A stretch of 64,000 nt of DNA, from positions 394,303 through 458,302 of the forward strand of contig CAVVSF010000002.1 in the NCBI GenBank assembly GCA_963750915.1, read 5' to 3'. Both the position numbers and the translations under genes were made by a program. The notes beneath the pieces were generated by a model. That model searched no databases, had not been told where the DNA came from, and worked only from the letters and a program-made list of their open reading frames with translations. Positions 23,371 to 32,889 of the stretch are shown piece after piece; the first letter of the stretch is position 1, and the number at the start of each line of letters is the position of its first letter. This DNA comes from an uncultured Acidobacteriota bacterium. Lineage in GTDB: Bacteria; Acidobacteriota; Vicinamibacteria; Vicinamibacterales; 2-12-FULL-66-21.

Positions 23371-24318
23371 ATGAATGTTCGACCCTCGATCCTGTGCCCA
23401 ATCGATTTCTCGGAGGCCTCCTCAGGCGCGCTGCGCTACGCGGTTTCGATCGCGACCCACTTCGCGACCCGCCTCATCGTCATGGCGGTGGAGGATCCGC
23501 TGCTGACCGAAGGGCTTGATCTCGGCGCCGGCATCGTCTGGAAGCCGGAAGATACCCAGCGTGAGATGCGGCACTTTGCCGAGAAGACCTTCGGTGAAGA
23601 CGCGCCGATCGCCGCGGCCCTGGAATACGAGGTCGCCGTCGGCAAACCGGCGCCCGAGATCCTCAGGGTCGCGCGCGAGCGCTCGTGCGACCTGATCGTG
23701 ATCAGCTCGCACGGGCTCACGGGCGCGCGCAAGCTGTTCTTCGGGTCGACGACGGAACGCGTGCTGCGTGAAACGACGCGGCCGGTGCTGATCACGCCGC
23801 CGCACGACCCGGGCCCACTGACGGTCGCCGATGCGAAGCGAATTGTCGGCCGGCTGATTGCGCCGGTGGATCTCTCTCCCGCGTCGACACGTCAGACGCA
23901 GGTCGCCCGCGCCATCGCCGAGGGACTCTCGGTTCCGTTGATCCTCGTCCATGTCGTCGAGCCGCTGAAGACACGGCTGGCGGCCCGGCTGCACGGGTCG
24001 AGCGTCGAGCAGAATCGCCGGGCGGTGGCCGAGGACGGCCTGAACGAGCTGCTGGCGACGGTTCCGCGCCGGCTTCACGCCGAGGGCCTGGTAGCCTACG
24101 GCGATCCCGCCGAGGAAGTGGCAAAGGTGGCGCAGGATCGACGCGCCGGCATGATCGTGGTCGGACTGCACGGCTCACCGCTTCTCGGGCCGCGGATGGG
24201 CTCCGTCACTTACCGGCTGCTGTGCCTGGCGCACTCGCTGATCCTCGCCCTGCCGCCGACCGACCAGCCGCTGCCAGAGCCCCTGGCGATCGATGCTCTG
24301 GCCAGCGGCATCGTTTGA
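23371..24318 (+). CDS. tandem-domain universal stress protein
   Basis: Two USP modules (ILCPIDFSEAS...LIVISSHGLTGARKLFFGSTTERVLRETTRPVLI; LIAPVDLSPAS...MIVVGLHGSPLLGPRMGSVTYRLL). GGAGG lies 5 nt before the ATG at 23371. Confidence 0.85.
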   Translation: MNVRPSILCPIDFSEASSGALRYAVSIATHFATRLIVMAVEDPLLTEGLDLGAGIVWKPEDTQREMRHFAEKTFGEDAPIAAALEYEVAVGKPAPEILRVARERSCDLIVISSHGLTGARKLFFGSTTERVLRETTRPVLITPPHDPGPLTVADAKRIVGRLIAPVDLSPASTRQTQVARAIAEGLSVPLILVHVVEPLKTRLAARLHGSSVEQNRRAVAEDGLNELLATVPRRLHAEGLVAYGDPAEEVAKVAQDRRAGMIVVGLHGSPLLGPRMGSVTYRLLCLAHSLILALPPTDQPLPEPLAIDALASGIV

Positions 24319-24372
24319 CCTCTGACCGCCCTGTCGCCCCTCGTAGCGCGGAGCTTCAGCTCTGCGGCCGTG

Positions 24373-24390
24373 GCGGGGCTGAAGCCCCGC
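24373..24390. terminator. stem-loop between the convergent USP and histidine kinase genes
   Basis: GCGGGGC-TGAA-GCCCCGC gives a 7-bp GC stem with a tetraloop. Confidence 0.45.
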
Positions 24391-24412
24391 TCACGTCCCG
24401 CGGCAGTGGCTC

Positions 24413-25540
24413 TCAGCGGCGCTCAGAGTCCTCGCCTCGCGCCCGGGCGAGCGGCAGCGTCAGTTCCGCGATCGTGCCGCCGCCCGGACGATCGTGCAAC
24501 GCGACGGTTCCCTCCTGGAGCTCAATCAACCGTCTGACAATCGCCAGGCCGAGACCGGTCCCCGCCGTGCGCGTCGTGAAGAACGGCTCGAACACCCGTT
24601 CGCGGATCTCCTCGCCGATGCCCGGGCCGCGATCCGCGATGGCGAGCCGGCAGACGCCGTTGTCCGGCGCGGCGCTGACGTCCACCGCCGTACCGCCGCC
24701 TGCCTGGCAGGCGTTCATCAACAGGTTGAGCAGCGCCGCGCGCAGCATTTCGGGGTCGGCCCGCACCACGAGTCCGGACGGTATCTGTACCTCGATCGAC
24801 GGCACGATGTTGCCGGTCGCAGCACGCGCACTCGCGGCCGTCTCCCGGACCACGATCCCCAGCTCGATCGCCTGGAGGCGCGGCGCTTTCGGCCGGGCAT
24901 AGAGCAGCAGATCGTCGAGCTTGTCATTCAGCCCGTCGATACGCTGGATCATCGCGCCGATGATCTCGCGATCGCGCGGCTCGGCGCGTCGCCCGTCGAG
25001 CACCTGCAGCGAGGCACGCACACCAGCCAGCGGATTGCGGACTTCGTGGGCGACGACGGCGGCGAGCTGGCCGAGGTGCGCCAGCGCCGCTTGCTCGCGC
25101 AGCTGTCCCTCGGCGACCTTGCGTTGTGTGATGTCGCTGCGGATGGACAGGTACTGGCGCGGCTTGCCGCCGCCGTCGAGGAACGGCACGATCGTGGTGT
25201 CGACCCAGTAGATCGATCCGTCCCTGGCGCGGTTGCGGAGCTCGCCGCGCCAGACCCGCCCACGGGCAATCGTCCGCCAGAGCTCGCGGATGAACGCCTT
25301 CGGGTGGTAGCCCGAGTTGATGATGCGATGGTCCTGGCCGATCAGCTCGGCGCGGGAGTACTTCGAGATCTGGCAGAACTTGTCGTTGACATAGGTGATC
25401 ACGCCGCGGTGGTCCGTCGTTGCGACGATGGCGGCCTGGTCGAGGGCGTAGCGGATCTCGTCGAGGCTCTTGAGCGTCTCGGCCATCGCCTGCGTTGTCG
25501 CGGCCGCATTTCCGCGCGGCTCGGGTTCGCTAGTACTCAA
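24413..25540 (-). CDS. PAS-domain sensor histidine kinase (soluble)
   Basis: PAS (GVITYVNDKFCQISKYSRAELIGQDHRIIN...DGSIYWVDTTIVP). H-box AAVVAHEVRNPL. HATPase N/G boxes (LLNLLMNACQA, DRGPGI, GTGLGLAIV). Confidence 0.9.
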   Translation of the reverse strand: MSTSEPEPRGNAAATTQAMAETLKSLDEIRYALDQAAIVATTDHRGVITYVNDKFCQISKYSRAELIGQDHRIINSGYHPKAFIRELWRTIARGRVWRGELRNRARDGSIYWVDTTIVPFLDGGGKPRQYLSIRSDITQRKVAEGQLREQAALAHLGQLAAVVAHEVRNPLAGVRASLQVLDGRRAEPRDREIIGAMIQRIDGLNDKLDDLLLYARPKAPRLQAIELGIVVRETAASARAATGNIVPSIEVQIPSGLVVRADPEMLRAALLNLLMNACQAGGGTAVDVSAAPDNGVCRLAIADRGPGIGEEIRERVFEPFFTTRTAGTGLGLAIVRRLIELQEGTVALHDRPGGGTIAELTLPLARARGEDSERR

Positions 25541-25618
25541 CGTGGCGTCCTGGGCCGGCCGCTGGTCGTGGTCGATACGAGCCGGGCGTCGTTCGTCATG
25601 CAGCGCCTCGAACCGGAA

Positions 25619-26989
25619 TCAGTGGGGCTCCGGCGTCAGCGACAGCCCGAACTTCTCGATGCGATAGCGGATCTGGTCGCGATTGAGGCCGAGCAGCGCC
25701 CCGGCCCGCGTCTGGTTGCCACGGCAGCGCCGCAGTGCCTGCACGAGCAGGCTGCGCTCGAGCTGCTCGAGATCGACGCCGGCTGGCGGCAGCTCGAACT
25801 CGCTGTCGGCACTGATCGCCGTCGTCAACGCCGGGAAGTCGCGGGCCTCGAGGCGGTCACTGTCGGAGAGGAGCATGGCGCGCTCGATGAGGTTGCGCAA
25901 CTCGCGAACGTTGCCAGGCCAGCCGTAGGACTGCAGCAACGCGTACGCCGCCGGGGTCGCTCCGAGGACGCGCTTCCGGAACTCGGTGTTGAACGCGTCG
26001 ATGAAATACTCGGCCAGCAGCGGGATGTCCTCGGGGTGCTGCCGCAGCGGCGGCACGGCGATCGGCAGCACGTTCAAGCGGAAGAACAGGTCGGCGCGGA
26101 ACGCATGACTGGCGACCTCCTTCGCCAGGTCGCGATTCGTCGCCGCAATCACCCTGACGTCGACGTGGATGTCGGCCGCGCCGCCGACGCGCTTGAAGCT
26201 CTTCTCCTCGAGGAAGCGCAGCAGCTTGGCCTGCAGCGCCGGCGTCATCTCGCCGATCTCGTCGAGGAAGACGGTACCGCCGTCGGCCGTCTCCAGCAGG
26301 CCTTTCTTCTGCACCCGCGCGTCGGTGAACGCGCCCCGCTCGTGGCCGAAGAGCTCGGCTTCGAGCAGTTGCTCCGGCAAGGCCGAGCACGTGATGTTCA
26401 TGAATGGCGACGACGACCGATCGCTGGCGTAGTGAATGACCTTGGCGAGCAGGTCCTTGCCGGTGCCGCTCTCGCCCGTCAGGAGGACGGTCGAGGCCGG
26501 CGTCACGGCGACGCGGGCAACGAGGTGGCGAAGGGCGGTGATCGACGCCGACCCGCCGACGATCCGCTGCAGGCTGTAGGGGCGCGCCGCGTTCGAGCGA
26601 AACTGCCGGACTTCGCGCCGCAGCCGCGTCGTCTCGAGCGCCCGCGCCACCGTCGCCGCCACCTCGTCGAGATTGAACGGCTTGTTGGCGAAGTGATAGG
26701 CGCCGAGTTTCATCGCCTCGACGGCCGTCTCGACGCTCGCGAATGCCGTCAGGAGTATCACCAGGATGTCGTGGTCGAACTCCTTCATCTTGCGCAGGAC
26801 GGTTACGCCGTCGGTGTCAGGCAGGCGGTAGTCGAGGAGGACGAGGTCGACGCCTCCGCTCAACTGTTCGATCGCCGCCTTTCCGGTTTCGGCCTCGAGC
26901 ACGTCGTAGCCGTCGGCCTTGAGCCGCTCGCTCAGAGACCAGCGGATCAGCGCTTCGTCGTCGACAATCAGAATCGTGGCTTTTGGCAT
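25619..26989 (-). CDS. sigma-54-dependent response regulator (NtrC family)
   Basis: Receiver domain (ILIVDDE...LVLLDYRLPDTDG). AAA+ Walker A GESGTGKD. The sigma-54 contact loop reads GAFTDA (canonical GAFTGA). C-terminal Fis-type HTH (GNQTRAGALLGLNRDQIRYRI). Confidence 0.9.
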   Translation of the reverse strand: MPKATILIVDDEALIRWSLSERLKADGYDVLEAETGKAAIEQLSGGVDLVLLDYRLPDTDGVTVLRKMKEFDHDILVILLTAFASVETAVEAMKLGAYHFANKPFNLDEVAATVARALETTRLRREVRQFRSNAARPYSLQRIVGGSASITALRHLVARVAVTPASTVLLTGESGTGKDLLAKVIHYASDRSSSPFMNITCSALPEQLLEAELFGHERGAFTDARVQKKGLLETADGGTVFLDEIGEMTPALQAKLLRFLEEKSFKRVGGAADIHVDVRVIAATNRDLAKEVASHAFRADLFFRLNVLPIAVPPLRQHPEDIPLLAEYFIDAFNTEFRKRVLGATPAAYALLQSYGWPGNVRELRNLIERAMLLSDSDRLEARDFPALTTAISADSEFELPPAGVDLEQLERSLLVQALRRCRGNQTRAGALLGLNRDQIRYRIEKFGLSLTPEPH

Positions 26990-27153
26990 CGGTTAGACCC
27001 GGCTGAGGGAACGCCAGGCCAGACTGCAGCAGCAATGCCGACCGTCGCCTCTCATTTCTGGCCTGATTGTGACCGACGCCGCACCGGCGATGGGGAATAT
27101 TTCGCGGCGGCGCGGAAATGTCCCCTTCAGCCGGAATGCTGGGGGTCAGGTCC

Positions 27154-27711
27154 TCATTTCCCGGCCGCCCGCGAATTGCGGGCCGCCGGGAAGGCGGTCG
27201 GGGCGCCGAGATCCAGAAACGCGGCGTGCTCCACCAGGCGACGGTAGAGGTGCCGGGTGTCAGGCGTCTCGACCGGTTCGCCGATTGACCCGCTGCTCGG
27301 GCGACGCCGGGCCGACGCCCTCCTGAACAGTCGGTCGTCCTGCTGCTGGTGACGCCGGCGGACGACGACGTAGTCGCGCGTCGCCCGCGCGAAGCGTGCG
27401 GCAGCCGACGCGACCCCGAGCTCCAGTGCGCCCAGCGCATCCTGCACCGCCGTGAGCGCCTGCCTGGCGGCGGCATGGTGGTCGAGGCAGGCCGACAAGG
27501 CGGGTTCGCCGTCATCCACCTGCGCCGCTTCGTATGCCGTGTCCTCCGCCAGCCGCAGGAAGACGACCGCGTCCCTCAGCATCGTCAGAGGCACGTGTTT
27601 GCGGGCGTCGAGGCGGTCGGCGGTCCGCTCGAGGATGTCCAGCACGTGATCGATCCGATCGCGCTCGTTCTCGAAGTCGTCGTTCGGCATGAGGCGCTCC
27701 TGCGGTGTCAT
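27154..27711 (-). CDS. hypothetical protein (possibly hemerythrin-like helical bundle)
   Basis: Start placed at MTPQERL. Helical and His-rich (IDHVLD, CLDHHAAARQ, RRRHQQQDD). The family assignment is a guess. Confidence 0.4.
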   Translation of the reverse strand: MTPQERLMPNDDFENERDRIDHVLDILERTADRLDARKHVPLTMLRDAVVFLRLAEDTAYEAAQVDDGEPALSACLDHHAAARQALTAVQDALGALELGVASAAARFARATRDYVVVRRRHQQQDDRLFRRASARRRPSSGSIGEPVETPDTRHLYRRLVEHAAFLDLGAPTAFPAARNSRAAGK

Positions 27712-27871
27712 TTGCTGTCGTCCAGGACGCGTGCAATCAATGCGCCGACGCGAGCCTGCGACAGGCGCCGCAAATGCTCCGACCGGCCGATCGGTCGCGC
27801 GAAAATTCGCGCCGGTGCGAATTCTTTCGCGAACGGTCGCCGGTTTGTTCGTTCGCGGGGCGCTGAAGGCG

Positions 27872-27887
27872 TGGCATCGACTGTGCT
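27872..27887 (+). promoter_or_regulatory. sigma-54 promoter candidate upstream of the hemG-like gene
   Basis: TGGCATCGACTGTGCT has GG and GC at consensus spacing; the -12 element is GTGC rather than TTGC. It lies 45 nt upstream of the ATG at 27932. Confidence 0.4.
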
Positions 27888-27931
27888 CGTCTCTGTGTGC
27901 AGCCGCTTTATCTGATGAAGGGAAGGGCATC

Positions 27932-28534
27932 ATGTCTGCCGTACCGGTCTTCTATGCCACGACCGAAGGGCACACGCGGCGTATCGCTGAGACGATTGCC
28001 GGGATCTTGAGGGGCCAGGGCTTCGACAGCGAGGCGGTCCGGATCGCTGCGGGGATGCGACCGCCCGACTGGTCGACGATTGTCAGCGCCGTCGTCGGCG
28101 GCTCGCTGCATCGTGGAAAGCATCAATCGACGGTCGGCGCGTTTCTGCAGCGCGAGGCGGCTCACCTGAACCGGCTGCCGGCGTCGTTCTTTTCTGTCAG
28201 CTTGAGCGCAGGCTCCCGCAACCCGGCCGAAGTCGCTGCGGCGCGCGACATTGCCCTGGCGTGCGTCCGGTCGGCGCAGTGGACGCCGGCGAGGCTGGTG
28301 TGCTTTGCCGGCAAGCTCGCCTACACGCAGTACGGCGTCCTCACTCGCTGGCTGATGCGCCGCATCGCGGCCCGCGAAGGCGGCCCGACGGATACGAGCC
28401 GCGACCATGACCTCACGGACTGGGTCGCGGTGAGAGACTTCGCGCTGGCCGTTGCCGCTGATGCCCGACGGCTCGAGAGGTCGGTTCCTGCCGGCATGGA
28501 ACCTGCTCTGTTCTGCGGCGAGGCCCTGTCATGA
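27932..28534 (+). CDS. hemG: flavodoxin-like protoporphyrinogen IX dehydrogenase (HemG-like)
   Basis: VFYATTEGHTRRIAETIA...GGSLHRGKH...LPASFFSVSL...LTDW resembles E. coli HemG as recalled from memory. Confidence 0.65.
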   Translation: MSAVPVFYATTEGHTRRIAETIAGILRGQGFDSEAVRIAAGMRPPDWSTIVSAVVGGSLHRGKHQSTVGAFLQREAAHLNRLPASFFSVSLSAGSRNPAEVAAARDIALACVRSAQWTPARLVCFAGKLAYTQYGVLTRWLMRRIAAREGGPTDTSRDHDLTDWVAVRDFALAVAADARRLERSVPAGMEPALFCGEALS

Positions 28535-28926
28535 CCTTCGACGAACAACGCCTGATCCTCGACCGGAGTTACGACGCCTCGCTGGACGCGGTTCTCGCCG
28601 CCCTCGTGCGCGAAGGCTTCGCCGTGAATCCGCTCGACGCCGGCGATCTCCATCGCCCGGGGTGCCCTGGTCCGGAACGCCGCTATGCCTCCCTCGATGC
28701 GGTCCTGCCTGAATTCGCGTTCCGCACCAGCCGCGTCGGCGACACGACAGGCGGGTTCGGGTGCCGCGTCTCGATCTTCGAGCTGACGGTGTGGTGCACG
28801 CTGGTCACGGTCGAGACACCGATGGCGCGGTATCCCGGTCTCTCGGCGTTGCTGCCGCGCGTGGCCGACCGCATCGAGCGTTTCGTGAACGCGCTCGTGC
28901 ATGTCGGTGTCGTGACTGCCGCCTGA
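28531..28926 (+). CDS. small soluble protein, DUF302-like
   Basis: The ATG overlaps the hemG-like stop (ATGA). Size and the N-terminal pattern (SYDASLDAVLAALVREGFAV) resemble DUF302. Weak call. Confidence 0.4.
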   Translation: MTFDEQRLILDRSYDASLDAVLAALVREGFAVNPLDAGDLHRPGCPGPERRYASLDAVLPEFAFRTSRVGDTTGGFGCRVSIFELTVWCTLVTVETPMARYPGLSALLPRVADRIERFVNALVHVGVVTAA

Positions 28927-28958
28927 GGGCGCGGCCAGGGACGAGCGAGACGATTGCG

Positions 28959-29511
28959 ATGTCGAATCTTGCGCGCGCATCCACCCATCGGGAGCCGGTC
29001 GGTGCCAGGGAGGTGGCGCAGCATTACCTGCGCGATCTCGTCTACGGCGCCAATGACGGCATCATCACGACGTTTGCCGTCGTCGCGGGGGTCGCCGGCG
29101 GGGCACTGAGCGGCCGCGCCGTACTGATCATCGGCTTCGCGAACCTGGTCGCCGACGGGCTCTCGATGGGGGTCGGCAACTACCTCGGGATTCGGGCGCA
29201 GGAGAGCGCGCTCATGGCGCGTGGCCTGCCGGAAGAGGAAGCGCTGCCTGGTACGTCACGGCATCGCCACCTTCGCCGCGTTCGTCGTCGCCGGCGCGGT
29301 GCCCTTGATGCCCTACGTCGTGACGGCGCGCCACGGCCTGCTGCTTTCCACCTTGTTCACGCTCCTGGCGCTCTTCACCGTCGGCAGCCTGCGGTCGCTC
29401 GTCACCGTCGATCGGTGGTGGGCGGCTGGTCTCGAGATGCTCGGCCTTGGTGTCACCGTCGCGGCGGCGGCCTACGGCGTCGGAGCCCTGGCTGGCGCGA
29501 TCGCCGGATAG
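28959..29511 (+). pseudogene. VIT1/CCC1-family Fe/Mn transporter, split by a +1 frame break near 29244-29256
   Basis: The first part (LRDLVYGANDGIITTFAVVAGVAGG...GFANLVADGLSMGVGNYLG) is in the frame of ATG 28959. The continuation (RHGIATFAAFVVAGAVPLMPYV...GLEMLGLGVTVAAAAYGVG) is in the +1 frame (ORF 29221-29511). Deleting one G of CCTGGTA restores ...EEEALPVRHGIATF. Confidence 0.75.
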
Positions 29512-29523
29512 CGGAGGGACGGC

Positions 29524-32175
29524 ATGGACCGGCGCCGACCCGACTGGCACGCGCTGCCGATGCAGGACGCGCTTGCGGCGGCCGGAACGAGCCCGGCTGG
29601 GCTCGCGGCCGTGGAAGCTGCGGCGCGCCTGCGCACGTACGGCCCGAACCAGTTGACGCCCCCGCCTCCCGTGTCCGCGCTCAAGATTCTTTGCGACCAG
29701 CTCGCGAGTGTCGTCGTCGTGCTGTTGTTCGCCGCCGCGATCATCTCGCTCGCGATGCGGGACGTCGTCGAGGCCGCGGCGATTGCGGCGGTGCTGGCCA
29801 TCAACACGGCGATCGGGTTTCTCACCGAGTGGCGGGCGCGGCGTGCGATGGAAGCGTTACGACAGCTGGACGTGCCCCGCGCGTCGGTCGTCCGCGACGG
29901 CCACCTGCAGGTCGTCGAGGCGGCACGACTCGTCCCGGGCGACGTCGTCGAGGTCATCGCCGGCCACGCCGTGCCGGCGGACGCGCGATTGCTGACGACG
30001 ACCGACCTTCGCGTCAACGAAGCCGCGCTTACGGGCGAGTCCCTTCCCGTATCGAAGGCGGCCGATGTCGTCCTGGAGGGATTGACCGATCTCGCGGAGC
30101 GCGTCAACATCGTCTACAAGGGCACGACGATCGCTGCGGGATTTGGACGTGGCTTCGTCTTCGCCACCGGCGCGGCAACCGAGGTCGGTCGCATCGGCGA
30201 GCTCACCAGGGGGCTCGAACCTGAACGGACGCCGCTCGAGCGGCGGCTCGACGCGCTCGGCCGGCGCCTGGTCTGGGTGACGCTCGCCGTCGCCGCGGTC
30301 GTCGCGCTGCTGGCGGCGGCGCAGGGCGCCGCGCTGTTCGTTGTCATCGAAACCTCCATCGCGCTGGCTGTTGCCGCCGTCCCTGAGGCCCTGCCGGCGG
30401 TAGTGACGATTGCGCTAGCTGTCGGCATGCGGCGCATGGCGCGGCGGCAGGCGCTCGTCCGCCGCCTGCCGGCGGTCGAGACGCTGGGTTCGACCACCGT
30501 AGTCTGTACCGACAAGACACGGACGCTGACGTCCGGAGATATGGTCGTGGTTCGCGTCTGGGCCGCCGGGCGCGTCTGGGACCCACTGGATCTGACCGGC
30601 CAGCCGGACCGCACCGCGACGAGCGTGCTGCGGGGGGCAGGCCTCGCCAGTCGCGCCCAGGTCAACGAGGAGGATGCGGGCCCGCTGCGTGACCCCGTGG
30701 ACGCGGCGATCCTCCAGGCGCTCGCGCGGCTGCCGGCCCCGCAGCCTTCGGCGGTCGACTCACCACGGGTGGGGCTGATTCCGTTCACGAGCGACCGCAA
30801 GTGGATGGCGGGCTTCTATCGCGACGATGACGGCCTGCTCGCATACGTCAAGGGCGCGCCGCGAACGGTGATCGAGCGCAGCGCCGCGGTCGCGACTGCC
30901 GCCGGCACCATGTCGCTCGATGCGGCGGCCAGGGCCGATCTCATGCGCGTCAACGAAGACCTGGCTGGCGATGGACTTCGCGTGATCGCGGTCGCCTGCG
31001 GCCCGGTAGCGGAGTCGTCCGATGCGAGTGTCCGGGGATTGATGTTCCTCGGCTTCATAGGCCTGGCGGATCCGCCGGCGGCAGGTGTGAAGGAGACGAT
31101 CACGCGGCTGCGCGCGGCCGGGCTGCGCACGGTCATGCTGACTGGAGATCAGCGCCTCACCGCCGCGGCGGTGGGCAGGACCGTCGGCCTGCTCGGGCCG
31201 TCCGATGCGAGCCTGGATGGCCGGGAACTCGATCACCTGGACGGGGCGGCGCGCGACGCGCTGATCGCCCGGACGTCCGCATTCAGCCGCGTCACCCCGG
31301 AGCACAAGCTGATTATCGTGCGGGCGTTGCAGGAGCGGGGCGAGATCGTCGCCATGCTCGGGGATGGAATCAACGATGCCGCAGCCCTGAAGCAGGCCGA
31401 TGTTGGCGTCGCGATGGGGATCCGCGGCACCGACGTCGCGAAGGACGCCGCCGACATCGTGCTCCAGGACGACCGCCTCGAGACGATCGCGGCGGCAGTC
31501 GAGGAGGGGCGCGTCATCTTCGACAACATCCGGAAGTTCGTGTTCTATCTCTTCAGCTGTAACGTCGCCGAAGTTCTCGTGCTGCTGGTCGCCGGCCTCG
31601 CGGCCCTGCCGTTGCCGCTGCTGCCGTTGCAGTTGCTGTGGCTGAACATGGTGACCGACACGTTCCCGGCGCTGGCCCTTGCGCTCGAGCCTGGCGACAG
31701 CGACGTGATGCAGCGGCCGCCCAGCGACCCGCAAGAGGCGATCCTGTCGCGCCGGTTCCTCGGGAGTGTCCTGGTGTTTGCGATGCTCATCACCGCATCG
31801 ACGATCGCCGCCTTCGCCTGGGGCCTGGCGCAAGCACCCGAGCGCGCCTCGACCTTCGCGTTCATGACGCTGGCGCTGGCACAGATCGCGCACCTCGGCA
31901 ATGCCAGGAGCCGCGGCCCGGTCATAGGTTTTCGCCGCGCCGTCGCCAACCCGTATGCCCTCCTCGGTGTCGGCGTCGCGCTCGGGCTGCAGGCCGCGGC
32001 GGTCCTGATTGACCCTCTGGCGCGCCTCCTTCATGTGGTCCCGCTGTCGATGCTCGACTGGACAGTCGTCCTCGTCCTCGGCGCGCTTCCGGCGGTGCTG
32101 GGGCAGGCGTTCAAGACCTTGGTCCGGAATCCACGCGGGTCAGCGCCGCTAGCCGCCCCCACCCATGGCTGCTAG
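29524..32175 (+). CDS. cation-transporting P-type ATPase (type II-like)
   Basis: TGES (LTGESLPV). Phosphorylation site CTDKTRTLT (canonical DKTGT). [16 protein letters not shown]. About 10 TM helices. Confidence 0.9.
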   Translation: MDRRRPDWHALPMQDALAAAGTSPAGLAAVEAAARLRTYGPNQLTPPPPVSALKILCDQLASVVVVLLFAAAIISLAMRDVVEAAAIAAVLAINTAIGFLTEWRARRAMEALRQLDVPRASVVRDGHLQVVEAARLVPGDVVEVIAGHAVPADARLLTTTDLRVNEAALTGESLPVSKAADVVLEGLTDLAERVNIVYKGTTIAAGFGRGFVFATGAATEVGRIGELTRGLEPERTPLERRLDALGRRLVWVTLAVAAVVALLAAAQGAALFVVIETSIALAVAAVPEALPAVVTIALAVGMRRMARRQALVRRLPAVETLGSTTVVCTDKTRTLTSGDMVVVRVWAAGRVWDPLDLTGQPDRTATSVLRGAGLASRAQVNEEDAGPLRDPVDAAILQALARLPAPQPSAVDSPRVGLIPFTSDRKWMAGFYRDDDGLLAYVKGAPRTVIERSAAVATAAGTMSLDAAARADLMRVNEDLAGDGLRVIAVACGPVAESSDASVRGLMFLGFIGLADPPAAGVKETITRLRAAGLRTVMLTGDQRLTAAAVGRTVGLLGPSDASLDGRELDHLDGAARDALIARTSAFSRVTPEHKLIIVRALQERGEIVAMLGDGINDAAALKQADVGVAMGIRGTDVAKDAADIVLQDDRLETIAAAVEEGRVIFDNIRKFVFYLFSCNVAEVLVLLVAGLAALPLPLLPLQLLWLNMVTDTFPALALALEPGDSDVMQRPPSDPQEAILSRRFLGSVLVFAMLITASTIAAFAWGLAQAPERASTFAFMTLALAQIAHLGNARSRGPVIGFRRAVANPYALLGVGVALGLQAAAVLIDPLARLLHVVPLSMLDWTVVLVLGALPAVLGQAFKTLVRNPRGSAPLAAPTHGC

Positions 32176-32292
32176 TCCCAACCGCGTGAAAGAACATCCA
32201 GCTGTCCAGTGCTCGACGGCATTCCCGGCTGCGGCATCCACCGACATCGGAACGGAGCGAATGGGACTCGACCCAAGAACCTCGAGCTCAAC

Positions 32293-32871
32293 TCACTCCA
32301 CCTTCCAGACCCGCACGACGACGTCGCTCGGGTGGCGCTCGCCGCTGGCGACGAAGATGGCGCGCGTCAGCCACTGCAGGTGGGGCGCCGCGGTCTCGAA
32401 GGTCGGCACGGTGCGGAAGTAGACGAGTGCCGGGTCGACGTCCTGGCCGGCGAGGAGCTTCTTGACGACTTCCGGCGGCGCGTGGCGGATGCCGGCGTTC
32501 TGGATATAGATGATGTCGCCGGCGTCGGTCCTGAGCGTGTAGCGCGTATCGAGCTCGGCGAGGCCGTCGGCGCGCACGATCTGCCAGTCGGCGCCGCCCG
32601 GCATCACGGTGCCGCGCAGCATCGGGCCTTCGAACGTGCCCCCCTCGATCGGAATGATCCGGCGCCGGCCTTGCGGCACATTGCCGACTTCGAGCGGCGC
32701 GCCGACTTTGACGCGCAGTTCCATTGCCAGCGTCAGGCGCGGCGGCGCGAGGGCGGCCACCGGCACTGGCGCCGCGGCCTGGGTTGGCGATGAGGGCTGC
32801 GCCTGCGCCGCGGCAATCACTGCCGCGCTCGCGACCGCCGCCAGCACCGACGAAGCTCTTCGCATCGCCAC
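32293..32871 (-). CDS. secreted DUF3237 (UPF0311)-like protein
   Basis: Signal peptide plus the pattern RRIIPIEGGTFEGPMLRGTVMPGGADWQ...RYTLRTDAGDIIYI...YFRTVPTFET, recalled from memory as DUF3237. GGGAGGAG lies upstream. GTG at 32871 or ATG at 32865. Confidence 0.6.
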   Translation of the reverse strand: MAMRRASSVLAAVASAAVIAAAQAQPSSPTQAAAPVPVAALAPPRLTLAMELRVKVGAPLEVGNVPQGRRRIIPIEGGTFEGPMLRGTVMPGGADWQIVRADGLAELDTRYTLRTDAGDIIYIQNAGIRHAPPEVVKKLLAGQDVDPALVYFRTVPTFETAAPHLQWLTRAIFVASGERHPSDVVVRVWKVE

Positions 32872-32889
32872 GATTCTCCTCCCGGCGCG

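Noticed and set aside
28761-30224. 487-aa ORF spanning the VIT gene and the start of the P-type ATPase.
   Set aside because: Only its residues about 67-160 are protein-like (the N-terminal half of VIT). The rest is out-of-frame junk that results from the +1 frame break near 29250.
32230-32292. tRNA-like 3' fragment on the minus strand (GGTTCTTGGGTCGAGTCCCATTCGCTCCG), considered as a possible integration-site scar.
   Set aside because: The T-loop is one base short of GTTCGAGTC. No matching acceptor 5' strand, D-arm or anticodon arm is present upstream, which is the DUF3237 coding sequence. No integrase is nearby.
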